Part shown: piece by piece, positions 52,040-62,349 of the stretch
Position numbering within the stretch: the first letter of the stretch is position 1
Layout of the letters: each line of letters opens with the position of its first letter
Assembly: GCA_963751455.1 (NCBI GenBank)
Contig: CAVVUN010000015.1
Location: 416,001 to 480,000, forward strand
DNA from: Nitrospirota bacterium
Lineage (GTDB): Bacteria; Nitrospirota; UBA9217
DNA length: 64,000 nt
Reading direction: 5' to 3'
Translations under genes and position numbers: made by a program
The notes under the pieces: generated by a model
What the model saw: the letters and a program-made list of their open reading frames with translations, nothing else
Told to the model about the DNA's origin: nothing
Databases searched by the model: none

Positions 52040-55000
52040 GAACGCAATAGAAAAATTCGCTATTGAAGTGCTTGGAGCTTTGGGCTGGGATTATCTGGCG
52101 GGAGTATCAATTGCGCCTGGAGCCGAGCACACTGAAAGAAAGAATTATGAGCAGGTGCTTTTAGTTGATAGGCTGAGAAAAGCTATAGCTCGCTTAAATC
52201 CCGCGATTCCCGACGCTGCCCGGGAGCAAGCCCTTCGTGAAGTCCAGCGTATCAATTCCCCAGAACTGCTTACCAATAACGAAACATTTCACCGTTTTCT
52301 TACCGATGGCGTCCCTGTTCAGTATCGCTTAAACGGCAGTGAGAAAAGCGATTATGTCTGGCTCATTGACTTTGCCAACCCTCTCAACAATGAATTCCAA
52401 GTAATCAACCAGTATACCGTTTTAGAGAACAACCAGAACAAGCGGCCCGATATTTTGCTCTTTGTCAACGGCATTCCCCTTGTGCTGATCGAGTTGAAGA
52501 ACGCGGCGGATGAAAACGCCACCACGCTGAAGGCCTTTGACCAGATACAGACTTATAAGGCCACTATCCCAAGCCTTTTCACCTTCAATGCATTCTGCGT
52601 CATTTCGGACGGTATGGAGTGCAGAGCGGGGAGTCTCTCTGCTGATTTCAGCCGTTATATGATATGGAAATCCGCGGATGGTAAATCGGAGGCTTCGCGG
52701 TTTGCTCCGCAGTTGGAAACCCTTTTAAAAGGGATGCTGAACCCCACTACGTTATTAGACCTTGTCCGCAACTTCATAGTATTTGAGAAATCAAAAAAGG
52801 AAGATCCCAAGGACAGGCTTAACGCAGGTCGTAACCGTTAAAAAGCTGGCTGCTTACCATCAATATTATGCGGTCAATAAAGCAGTTGAAAGTAGTCTTA
52901 AAGCGGCCTCTGAGGATGGAAACCGCAAGGGCGGCGTTGTGTGGCATACGCAGGGCAGCGGTAAATCCATCTCCATGGTTTTCTACACAGGCAAGATCGT
53001 GTTGAGCCTCAACAATCCTACCGTGGTGGTCATCACCGACCGCAATGACCTGGATGACCAGTTGTTCGATACCTTCGCGTCCTCAAAGCAGTTGCTCAGG
53101 CAGGAGCCGGTACAGGCAAAAGATCGCGAACATTTAAAAGAGTTGCTCAAAGTCGCTTCGGGCGGGATTGTGTTCACCACTATTCAAAAATTTCTTCCTA
53201 GTGCGGGCAAGGCGGAGCATGATCGGCTTTCAGACAGAAAAAACATCGTTGTGATCGCTGATGAAGCCCATCGGACGCAATACGGTTTCGAGGCAAAGCT
53301 AATTGATGAAAAAGACAAGATAACCAAAGAGGTGATCGGCAAGCGCATTGCGTATGGGTTTGCGAAATATATGAGAGATGCATTGCCCAATGCAACCTAT
53401 ATCGGGTTTACGGGCACTCCGATTGAAAATACGGACATCAACACGCCGGCGATATTCGGGCAATATGTCGATATATACGACATTGCGCAATCTGTCGCCG
53501 ACGGCGCAACCGTTAAGATTTACTACGAAAGCCGTCTGGCAAAAGTAAATCTCGATGATGAAGGCAGGCGCTTGATCTCAGAGTTCGACAAAGAGCTTGA
53601 AGAAGACGAAGAGGTAAGTGACAAGCAGCGAGCAAAAGCCAAGTGGACGAAACTCGAAGCTATTGTAGGCAACGAGCAAAGAGTAAAAAACCTCGCGAAA
53701 GACCTGGTTACGCATTTTGAGCAACGGCAGGCTGTATTTGAAGGCAAGGGCATGTTTGTCGCTATGAGCCGCAGGATCGCGGTTGATCTTTACAATGAAA
53801 TCATCAAGCTGAAGCCGGAATGGCATAGCGATGACCCAGCCAAGGGCGCGATCAAGGTTGTTATGACGGCATCCAGTGCCGATGGCCCGGTCATGCAGAA
53901 GCATCATACAACAAAGACCCAGCGCAAGGCTTTATCAGACAGGATGAAAGACCCGGCAGACCCTTTGAAGCTAGTCATTGTCCGGGACATGTGGCTCACG
54001 GGTTTTGACGCGCCCTGCTTGCACACGCTTTATGTTGATAAGCCGATGAGAAACCATACTCTCATGCAGGCAATCGCGAGGGTGAATAGGGTATTTAAAG
54101 ATAAGCCGGGCGGCCTGGTTGTGGATTACCTTGGTATCGCAACAGATCTGAAGAAAGCATTGGCGTTTTACTCTGATTCCGGTGGCAAAGGAGACCCGGC
54201 GGAGGGACAAGAAAAGGCAGTGCAGGCAATGCTGGAGAAGTTGGAAGTCGTGCGCCAGATGTTCTTTGAGAAAAGCAAGGCCACGGAAGCTATTTTGGTG
54301 GCGGAACCCGCCGCGTATTACGGCGAATATCCCGGAACCGGATTCAATTACCGCAGGTTCTTTACAGCAGCATCGAAAGAAAAACTCTCGATCATTCTGC
54401 AGGCCGAAGAACACATATTGGGCTTGGCCGGAGGTAAGGAGCGCTATATTAATGAAGTGACTTTGCTGAGCAAAGCTTTTGCCCTGTCCATACCCCATGA
54501 ACAGGCAATGGCGGTGAAAGATGAGATTGCGTTCTTTCAGGCAGTCAAAGCCAGGCTGTCAAAGTTTGTCGGTGACGGCTCAGGGAGATCGTATGCGGAG
54601 ATTGAAACGGCAATAAAGCAGATTGTCGATGAGGCGCTAAGTTCAGATAAGGTTGTCGATATCTTCGACGCCGCGGGGCTAAAGAAGCCGGAAATATCCA
54701 TTCTGTCGGAAGAGTTTCTGTTAGAGATAAAGGGGATGAAGCATCAGAACCTTGCTCTTGAATTGCTGAAAAAAATTCTGAATGACGAAATCAGAGCGCG
54801 CGCCAAAACCAATCTGGTAAAAAGCAAGGCGTTGCTTGAAATGCTCGAAACCGCTCTTAAAAAGTATCAGAATAATCTGCTTTCAACGGCGGAGATCATC
54901 CAGGAACTGATACAAATAGCAAAGGAAATCAAGGTTGCTGACCAGAGAGCGGTTAAGCTCGGTCTGTCTGAAGAAGAAATGGCTTTCTATGACGCGCTGG

Positions 55001-55257
55001 AGGTAAATGACAGCGCGGTGCAGGTGTTGGGCGATGAGACGCTGCGAATCATTGCACGGGAAGTCGCTGAGAAAGTACGGACTAATGCAACAATAGACTG
55101 GACTATCCGTGAAAGTGCAAGGGCAAAGCTAATGGTTGTCGTCAGGCGCACGTTGAATAAATACGGATATCCGCCGGACAAGCAGAAGAAGGCTGTTGAG
55201 ACGGTCCTGAAGCAAGCTGAGTTGCTGGCGGATCATTTTCTGCAAAATACTCTATAA
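52023..55257 (+). CDS. hsdR: Type I RM restriction subunit (frameshift at ~52810)
   Basis: [48 protein letters not shown]. Confidence 0.95.
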
Positions 55258-55344
55258 AGCGGTCCTTTATTGCCCGTCCTGATGACTTTTTTGGATTCCC
55301 CTAGCCACTTGAATTTCTCTCCCTGTCTATGATAGAGTTGCTGC

Positions 55345-57006
55345 ATGGCTACAGCGCTCATCATCTTCGTTATCACCTACATCTTCATCGGCTTGCGCCA
55401 GATCCCGCGCCTGCATATCAACCGTCCGGCTGGGGCGCTCGTAGGCGCAGTGCTGATGATCGTTTTCGGCGTACTTACGCTGGAGCAGGCGTTCGCAGCC
55501 ATTGACATGAATACCCTGTTGCTTCTGCTCGGGATGATGATCATCACCGTTTATTTGAGAGCAGCGGGATTTTTCGAATTGATGGCGGATCGTATCATCT
55601 CGCTCTCCCGTACTCCCCTGCAGCTCCTTACCCTTGTTGTCCTGTCCTCCGGGCTGCTTTCCGCCCTGTTTGTCAACGATACGATCTGCCTGCTGTATAC
55701 CCCGATCATCCTGGAGGTTGCCGTACAACTCAGTGTTAATCCGATGCCGTACCTGCTCGCGCTCGCGACATCCTCAAATATCGGGAGTGTCATGACAATC
55801 ACCGGTAATCCCCAGAACATGCTGATCGGGATTTATTCGAAAATTCCGTATCTGTCCTTTCTCGGGGCGCTTTTCCCCATTGCCTTTGCCGGACTTGTAA
55901 TCTGCGTTGTAGTGATCAGGTTTGTTTACCGGAAAGAGATGAACGCGGGTGCGTTCCCGCACAAGCCGAAGACGCCGGAATATCATATAAGGAAACCGCT
56001 GCTCGTAAAAGCGCTTTTCGTGTGCATTGCCGTGCTTATCGGGTTTTCAATGGGATATTCCTATTCGCTGGTAGCCGCGGCGGGCGCAGTTACTCTGTTG
56101 CTGGTCGGCGGCGTGAGCACGGAAGCCATCCTCGAAGAAGTGGACTGGACCCTGCTCCTGTTCTTTTCGGGGCTATTCGTCGTTATGCACGGTGTCGAAA
56201 CATCGGGTCTTGCCGGAGCTGTAATCGGAAAGATGGGGGACCTCACAGCGTATTCTCCTGCAGGCAGTATTGCCTTCCTCTCCGCAGTCTCCGCGGTGCT
56301 TTCCAATCTCGTAAGCAACGTACCCGCAGTTATGCTTCTGAAGCCTCTCACAGAATCACTTGGAAGCGGATATTTTTTCTGGCTTGCACTCGCCATGAGC
56401 AGCACCCTGGCCGGAAATCTTACCCTTATCGGCTCGGTCGCAAACCTTATCGTGGTCCAGCAGGCGAGGCGAAGAGTCGAGATCGGCTTCATGGAATATT
56501 TCCGGGTAGGCGCGCTTATTACGGTGGCGACTGTGGCGATAGGAATTTTGGTATTGGCGATAGAAGTGAGAATCGCGCATAGCGCAGAGAGCATGGCGCA
56601 TAGCGAAGAAATAATAAAACAGGATCAAAAAAACAAGTTAGAGGTGACGGTTACTCCAGCCGATTCCACAGGTACTGCACGGACGTACCGGGTCGTCCTT
56701 TATTGCGATACAGATGAGGAAAGGGCCACGGGCCTGCAAGGCTTCAGGCAGCTCGCCCGCGATGAAGCAGCCCTGTTCATTTTTGACAAGCCGGAGGAGA
56801 CGAAGTTCTGGATGGGGACTGTCACGTTTCCGATTGACATAATTTTCGTGGATCCCGATAATAAAGTCGTTCGATTATATCGTGATCGCAGACCGGGCAG
56901 CCGGGACCTCTACCCTTCAATCGAGAAGGTCAAATGGGTGATAGAGACAGCAGCAGGGTCGGGGATAAAGGCAGGGGACAGGGTGAGCTTCATAACCCCT
57001 AATTGA
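55345..57006 (+). CDS. ArsB/NhaD (SLC13-like) anion transporter fused to a C-terminal DUF192 domain
   Basis: LFVNDT, TITGNPQN, LVSNVPAV, STLAGNLTLIGSVAN; ERATGL, FWM..VTFPIDIIFV, WVIE..AG. Confidence 0.85.
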   Translation: MATALIIFVITYIFIGLRQIPRLHINRPAGALVGAVLMIVFGVLTLEQAFAAIDMNTLLLLLGMMIITVYLRAAGFFELMADRIISLSRTPLQLLTLVVLSSGLLSALFVNDTICLLYTPIILEVAVQLSVNPMPYLLALATSSNIGSVMTITGNPQNMLIGIYSKIPYLSFLGALFPIAFAGLVICVVVIRFVYRKEMNAGAFPHKPKTPEYHIRKPLLVKALFVCIAVLIGFSMGYSYSLVAAAGAVTLLLVGGVSTEAILEEVDWTLLLFFSGLFVVMHGVETSGLAGAVIGKMGDLTAYSPAGSIAFLSAVSAVLSNLVSNVPAVMLLKPLTESLGSGYFFWLALAMSSTLAGNLTLIGSVANLIVVQQARRRVEIGFMEYFRVGALITVATVAIGILVLAIEVRIAHSAESMAHSEEIIKQDQKNKLEVTVTPADSTGTARTYRVVLYCDTDEERATGLQGFRQLARDEAALFIFDKPEETKFWMGTVTFPIDIIFVDPDNKVVRLYRDRRPGSRDLYPSIEKVKWVIETAAGSGIKAGDRVSFITPN

Positions 57007-57048
57007 AAATTTCAAAATGCAAATTGCAAATTTAAAATTGAGGATTTT

Positions 57049-57804
57049 GTGATGGAACTGGGTTATCGCGTAATGAGGCCCGATGATGTCGGAAAACAGC
57101 CGCTTCAATTTGTGCAGATATCGCTGTGGCGACAGGCGGGTTGGGGCATAGCTGACGGAGAACGCGGCGTCAAAGAGGCCATTGAAATGGCGGCAAACTG
57201 TAAACGTCGGGGTATCCGAAGCGTTTTTCATCCGCTTGAATATTCGCTCTCGAACGAGAACGGACCTGAAACAGTGGATGTCATGCGGAGGCTTGCAGCG
57301 GCGGCTGATCTGGGCATCATTGTGCACGACGAGGGAAGGTCAAGACAGAGGCTTGGTTCAAGCGAGGCAGAACAGTATGAACGGAACGTGGCCGAAATCG
57401 GCAAACTTTGCCCTGTATCAATCGAAAATTCCTACAACTCAACTGATATCGCATGGTTTTGGGAACGGTTCGTAGTTCCGGCGCAGGAAAGCGTCTCAAT
57501 AACTCTCGATATCGGGCATCTTGAACTCGGCGGCATCGACTCGATTTCTTTTGTCCGCGATATGCCCCAGCGCCTGGTCAATCGTTTGAGATTTGTACAT
57601 ATGCATCATCACAACAGCGACGAGCGGAGCGACGTGAAAGATCATCGACCGCTCGTACCGGGTTGCCGGGAGATTGAAGCCCTCGAACTGCTTCTGCAAA
57701 GAAAGAGCGATATCTGGGTTGTGCTGGAACTTGATGCAGCAGACGAGGGAATGCGGCGGAGCATTGAAGTGTTGAAAAGGACTTTTGGAAACGATTCAAT
57801 CTGA
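57049..57804 (+). CDS. Xylose isomerase-like / AP endonuclease 2 TIM-barrel protein
   Basis: VSIEN, ITLDIGH, FVHMH, DH, VVLE metal-binding pattern. Confidence 0.75.
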   Translation: MMELGYRVMRPDDVGKQPLQFVQISLWRQAGWGIADGERGVKEAIEMAANCKRRGIRSVFHPLEYSLSNENGPETVDVMRRLAAAADLGIIVHDEGRSRQRLGSSEAEQYERNVAEIGKLCPVSIENSYNSTDIAWFWERFVVPAQESVSITLDIGHLELGGIDSISFVRDMPQRLVNRLRFVHMHHHNSDERSDVKDHRPLVPGCREIEALELLLQRKSDIWVVLELDAADEGMRRSIEVLKRTFGNDSI

Positions 57805-58050
57805 GAAGACGTTGACGGAGCGGCTCCCAATGGATATTGTACCTGTCCCGAAATATCGGTTGTCGCCTGGGTTCCAGAAATTCAACCGGAACCTCCAAAA
57901 CGGACCTTCTCGCAACCGTTTTAAACATCCTTGTCGAGAAGTTGCATAGAAATACAGAAAACTGAATTATGTCTCCATCCATTCGGAAAAGAATAGTTTA
58001 TTTTCATGATTTTGTTGACTTTGTACGCTGTATCGGCATAATAGCCGGTT

Positions 58051-58929
58051 ATGAAACAAACACGGAATCTCTTTATGGCGTCTATTCAAGCAGCGTTCTT
58101 TCTGCTTGTTACAATGATATCGCCGCCCGGTCTGGATGCTTCCGGTGAAGCATTCATACGCATCGGCGGTACAGGCGGAGCATTGGGTGGTATAAAGGAA
58201 GTGGCCAGGGCATATCAGAAAAAGCATCCCCACGCGATTGTCAGCATTGCGCCCAGTCTCGGAAGCAACGGAAGCATAAAAGCGGTTCTGGCCGGCTCTC
58301 TGGATATCGCTCTGAGTTCACGGCCTGAAAACGATGAAGAGCGCAGACAGGGAGCGGTCTCCAGAGAATATGGACGAACGCCGATTGTCTTTGTTACTTC
58401 AGCAAAGGGAGCCCCGTCTGAGATATCGCTGCAGGAGCTGGTCTCTATTTATACCGGCCGGTTCCAAAGCTGGCCCGACGGGACTCCTGTCCGGCTGATA
58501 TTGCGGCCGGCGGGCGACACCGATTATATGTATCTCAGAGAAATGTCTCCCGAGATGAACACGGCGGTTCAGGCGGCCCTCTCGCGAGAGGGCATGGTAA
58601 CCGCTGTAACCGATCAGGAGAACCTTGATATTATTCAGCGCATACGGGGCGGATTCGGGGCCTCAACGCTGGCACAGGTAAAGAGTGAACAAAGACCGGT
58701 AAAGATTTTCCGGCTGAACGGAGTTACTCCGAGCCTTTCAAGCCTCAACGACGGATCTTACAGCTATTATAAATGCTTCTTTGCTGTTACCGGGATGCAG
58801 GTCAGGCCAGAGGTCCAAGCCTTTGTCGATTTTTTGAGTTCGAAACAAGGTCGCGCCATTCTTGTGAAAACCGGCCATCACGTTGGTCCATTCTCGTCCT
58901 GCCGCAACCGGTCCTGTTATAAAGAATGA
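58051..58929 (+). CDS. PstS-like periplasmic substrate-binding protein
   Basis: IRIGGTG, SLGSNGSIKAV..G.LDIALSSR, WPDG. Confidence 0.8.
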   Translation: MKQTRNLFMASIQAAFFLLVTMISPPGLDASGEAFIRIGGTGGALGGIKEVARAYQKKHPHAIVSIAPSLGSNGSIKAVLAGSLDIALSSRPENDEERRQGAVSREYGRTPIVFVTSAKGAPSEISLQELVSIYTGRFQSWPDGTPVRLILRPAGDTDYMYLREMSPEMNTAVQAALSREGMVTAVTDQENLDIIQRIRGGFGASTLAQVKSEQRPVKIFRLNGVTPSLSSLNDGSYSYYKCFFAVTGMQVRPEVQAFVDFLSSKQGRAILVKTGHHVGPFSSCRNRSCYKE

Positions 58930-60962
58930 AAAAAACGACAACAAATATCATTAAAATAACGAATGTTCTCGCACTGGCATTGTCGCTGATCGTTGCCATT
59001 GGTGTACCCGCCGGTTATATCGTGCTCGTGTATGAATATCAGGCAACGGTGCTTAAGACCGAGGCCGCCTCTGAAGCGTACGAGGCGTCCCAGATCATAA
59101 GTTCGAATCCCGACTTCTGGCAGTTCGAGCAGCATCGCCTTTCGGAGTTTCTCTCTCGGCGCACCCCGGGTCAACCCTACGAAACACGCCGGATAGTGAA
59201 TGCCGAAAACAGGATTGTTGCAGAGAGTGTGCATGAAGAAGTCCTTCCGCCGTTGATGACCCGCACTCATGATTTGTATGATTCAGGCAAGAAGACCGCA
59301 AGGATCGAGATCACCCGCTCCCTTCGCCCGGCCCTTTCCGTCACATTTCTGCTCATGGTTATCGGTCTTTTTCTCGGGATCGGAATGCTTATCTTTCTCA
59401 GGAAATTTCCTTTAAGGGCGCTCTCGCAGGCGCTGCAATCCCTTCAGGAAAGCGAGGGCAAGTTCAGGGCCATGGCTTCAACGGCAGCGGATGGTATCAT
59501 AGTCATGGACAGTCGCGGCCTGATCACATACTGGAACTCCGCAGCCGAAAAGATCTTCGGATATTCATCCCCGGAAGCACACGGCAGGGAACTGCATATG
59601 CTGATCGCGCCGGAAAGGTACCGTGACGACTACAAAAAAGGGTTCAAGAAATTCGAGCGCTCTGGAGACGGCCCGGCAATCGGCAATACGCTCGAATTTA
59701 TGGCGCTTAGAAAAGATGGGACGGAATTCCCGATTGAGGTTTCTACATCCACCATTCCGGCAGCGGACCAATGGCACGCTGTCGGCATCGTTCGCGATAT
59801 TTCCGACCGCAAAAAGACCGAACAAGAGCTGCTGAAACTCGAGAAGCTGGAGTCGCTCGGAGTGCTTGCGGGCGGCCTGGCCCACGACTTCAACAACCTG
59901 CTTACAGTCATGATGGGCAATATTTCCCTTGCCATGCTGGACACGAACCCGGAAGACGGCCTGTATAGCCGGCTGACTAATCTTGGAGAGGCGGTCGTAA
60001 GGGCACAGGACCTCACGCGGCAGCTGCTGACTTTTGCCAAGGGCGGCGCCCCGATCAAGAATACCGTTCTGCTGCAGGCAATCATCGAGGAAGCATGCCG
60101 TTTTTCGCTCAGCGGATCGAATGTAAACTGCAGCTTCGTGTTCTCTCCTGACTTGAAACCCGCAGATGTCGATGCGGGTCAGATCGGGCAGGTCATGCAT
60201 AACCTGGTCCTGAACGCTGTTCAAGCCATGCCGAAAAGCGGAAAGATCGAAGTGCGGGCTTCCAATACGACGATCGGACCTCAGGACGGGTTTCCGCTCG
60301 TTTCGGGCCCGTATCTGCGGATATCGGTCCGTGACGAGGGGACGGGCATGCCGCAGCGGGACCTTTCCAAGATATTCGACCCGTATTTTACAACCAAGGA
60401 AAAAGGGAGCGGACTGGGATTGGCCACGTGCTATTCAATCATAAAGCGGCACGGAGGACACATCACGGTGCATTCCACCCGGGGTGAAGGTTCGGTCTTT
60501 ACGTTCTTTATACCGGCGTCCCTTCGGGAACCATCCGCCGACGAACCGCCTGAGCACGTTTTGGCAAAAGGCAAGGGAAAAGTGCTGGTCATGGATGATG
60601 AAAAAGCCTTCCGAATGGTTGTCGGAGAAATATTACAGGCCATCGGGTACGAATACGAACTGGCCAAAGACGGTGCGGAAGCAATAGACTTGTACCAAGC
60701 CGCGATGCTGTCGGGGCGCCCCTTTGACGCCGCAATAATGGACTTGACCGTCCCCGGCGGAATGGGCGGCAAGGAAGCAGTGAAAAGACTGATCGAGATA
60801 GACCCTAAGGTCAAGGCCATCGTGGCCAGCGGCTATTCGAACGACCCTGTAATGGCTGATTTTAAAGCTCACGGCTTCGTGGGCGTTATTGAAAAACCTT
60901 TCGACCTCCGCAGTCTGAACAGGGTACTGCAAGCTGTTCTCAATGTAAACTCTCCAAGCTGA
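58926..60962 (+). CDS. Membrane PAS hybrid sensor histidine kinase / receiver
   Basis: 2 TM helices, PAS, GLAHDFNNLL, FTTK..GSGLGL, receiver VMDDE / IMDL. Confidence 0.93.
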   Translation: MKKTTTNIIKITNVLALALSLIVAIGVPAGYIVLVYEYQATVLKTEAASEAYEASQIISSNPDFWQFEQHRLSEFLSRRTPGQPYETRRIVNAENRIVAESVHEEVLPPLMTRTHDLYDSGKKTARIEITRSLRPALSVTFLLMVIGLFLGIGMLIFLRKFPLRALSQALQSLQESEGKFRAMASTAADGIIVMDSRGLITYWNSAAEKIFGYSSPEAHGRELHMLIAPERYRDDYKKGFKKFERSGDGPAIGNTLEFMALRKDGTEFPIEVSTSTIPAADQWHAVGIVRDISDRKKTEQELLKLEKLESLGVLAGGLAHDFNNLLTVMMGNISLAMLDTNPEDGLYSRLTNLGEAVVRAQDLTRQLLTFAKGGAPIKNTVLLQAIIEEACRFSLSGSNVNCSFVFSPDLKPADVDAGQIGQVMHNLVLNAVQAMPKSGKIEVRASNTTIGPQDGFPLVSGPYLRISVRDEGTGMPQRDLSKIFDPYFTTKEKGSGLGLATCYSIIKRHGGHITVHSTRGEGSVFTFFIPASLREPSADEPPEHVLAKGKGKVLVMDDEKAFRMVVGEILQAIGYEYELAKDGAEAIDLYQAAMLSGRPFDAAIMDLTVPGGMGGKEAVKRLIEIDPKVKAIVASGYSNDPVMADFKAHGFVGVIEKPFDLRSLNRVLQAVLNVNSPS

Positions 60963-61086
60963 ATCCCCTTTTTGGCTGAAATTCCGGGATATAACCCTGA
61001 AAACTATCTAAAAACGCTTGTTTTTATGCTGCTTATTGTTTATAATATAAATTCATTTTCTATAAATAAATAGTGGAGGTTAGGCT

Positions 61087-61413
61087 ATGCCGGTGTATGA
61101 ATATGAGTGCGAAAGCTGCGGAGGCCGCTTCGAAGTAATGCAGAAATTCAGCGACCCGGCGATTGCGGAGTGCAAGCTCTGCAAAGCGGCAAAAGTGAGG
61201 AAAATCCTTTCTCCCACCGCGTTTGTCCTGAAGGGTTCCGGATGGTATGCTACGGATTACGCTTCCAAAGAGCGGAAAAAGGAGTGCGCCGAAAACAGCT
61301 GCAACGAGTCTAAGAAGGATGTCAAGCCTGCGGAAACGAAGAATGCCAAACCTGCGGAACCTGCGTGCTCCAGCGGCACCTGTCCATCGGGAGGGTGCGC
61401 GGCAAAAGGCTGA
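61087..61413 (+). CDS. FmdB family zinc-ribbon protein
   Basis: MPVYEYECESCG..FE, CKLC, LKGSGWYATDY. Confidence 0.9.
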   Translation: MPVYEYECESCGGRFEVMQKFSDPAIAECKLCKAAKVRKILSPTAFVLKGSGWYATDYASKERKKECAENSCNESKKDVKPAETKNAKPAEPACSSGTCPSGGCAAKG

Positions 61414-61419
61414 CCCCTG

Positions 61420-62190
61420 ATGGAGCCCATACACGTTCATATTCCGTATCCCCAACTGAAAGATTATTTCGAATTATTCCGGGTCCGCCGCTACGATCTC
61501 GAAATTTATTTTTCCGCGGCTGTGCTCGATCAGCTTGAGCGGCAGGACCTCGAAAAACTGAGCATGAGCCTGGATTGGAAGCCCGCGTTGACCCTTCATG
61601 CTCCTTTCATGGACCTTAATCCCGGAGCTGTGGACGCCATGGTCCGGTCCGCGACTCAGGTACGGTTCCGCCAGCTGCTGGACGTCGCAGCCATACTGAA
61701 GCCTCGTGCAGCCGTCTTTCATGCCGGGTACGACCGTTGGCGGTATGCGGGCAGGAAAGATATCTGGCTCGAGAACAGCATTGACACCTGGCGAATGGTT
61801 ACCGATGCGGCATCGAACATCGGAATGCGGGTAGCGGTTGAAAATGTGTTCGACGAAGACCCGGAGGCGCTTTTCTTGCTGATCGAAAAGATAGCGAAGC
61901 CCGACTTCGGGTTCTGTTTCGATGCCGGGCACTTTAATCTATTTTCCTCAGTTTCGATGGAGCAATGGTTCGCACGTCTCGGCCGATACCTGATCGAGGT
62001 GCATTTGCACGACAACGACGGAGCCGAGGATTCGCACTGGGCCATCGGGCGCGGCAAGATCGACTTCGAAAAGTTTTTCAGCCTCCGGCGAAAATACTCT
62101 CCCACCCCCGTCTATACCGTGGAGGCGCACAACAAGGAAGACATCCAGGTCAGTATCGAGAGAGTAAAGCATTTCCTGCGGGTGAAGTAG
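61420..62190 (+). CDS. Sugar phosphate isomerase/epimerase (AP endonuclease 2) family TIM barrel
   Basis: LHAPF.DLN, VENV, CFDAGH, VHLHDN. Confidence 0.85.
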   Translation: MEPIHVHIPYPQLKDYFELFRVRRYDLEIYFSAAVLDQLERQDLEKLSMSLDWKPALTLHAPFMDLNPGAVDAMVRSATQVRFRQLLDVAAILKPRAAVFHAGYDRWRYAGRKDIWLENSIDTWRMVTDAASNIGMRVAVENVFDEDPEALFLLIEKIAKPDFGFCFDAGHFNLFSSVSMEQWFARLGRYLIEVHLHDNDGAEDSHWAIGRGKIDFEKFFSLRRKYSPTPVYTVEAHNKEDIQVSIERVKHFLRVK

Positions 62191-62349
62191 TTTCTTAAAC
62201 CGACCCTGCATCATGAAAAACCGGTCAAAGAAGCTGCAGGGACGATATACCAAGAGAAGTGAAAATAACTTTTTAAGAGAAAAGGAAGAACTCCGGTCTC
62301 TCAGACGGGTAACCTTGACACTCCAGCACTGTTACCTTAAACTATTATC

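Noticed and set aside
37790-52810. Programmed frameshifting or true pseudogenes in ffh, rimO, the cNMP gene and hsdR
   Set aside because: Too frequent, no shared slippery motif, and ffh is essential; assembly indels are more parsimonious
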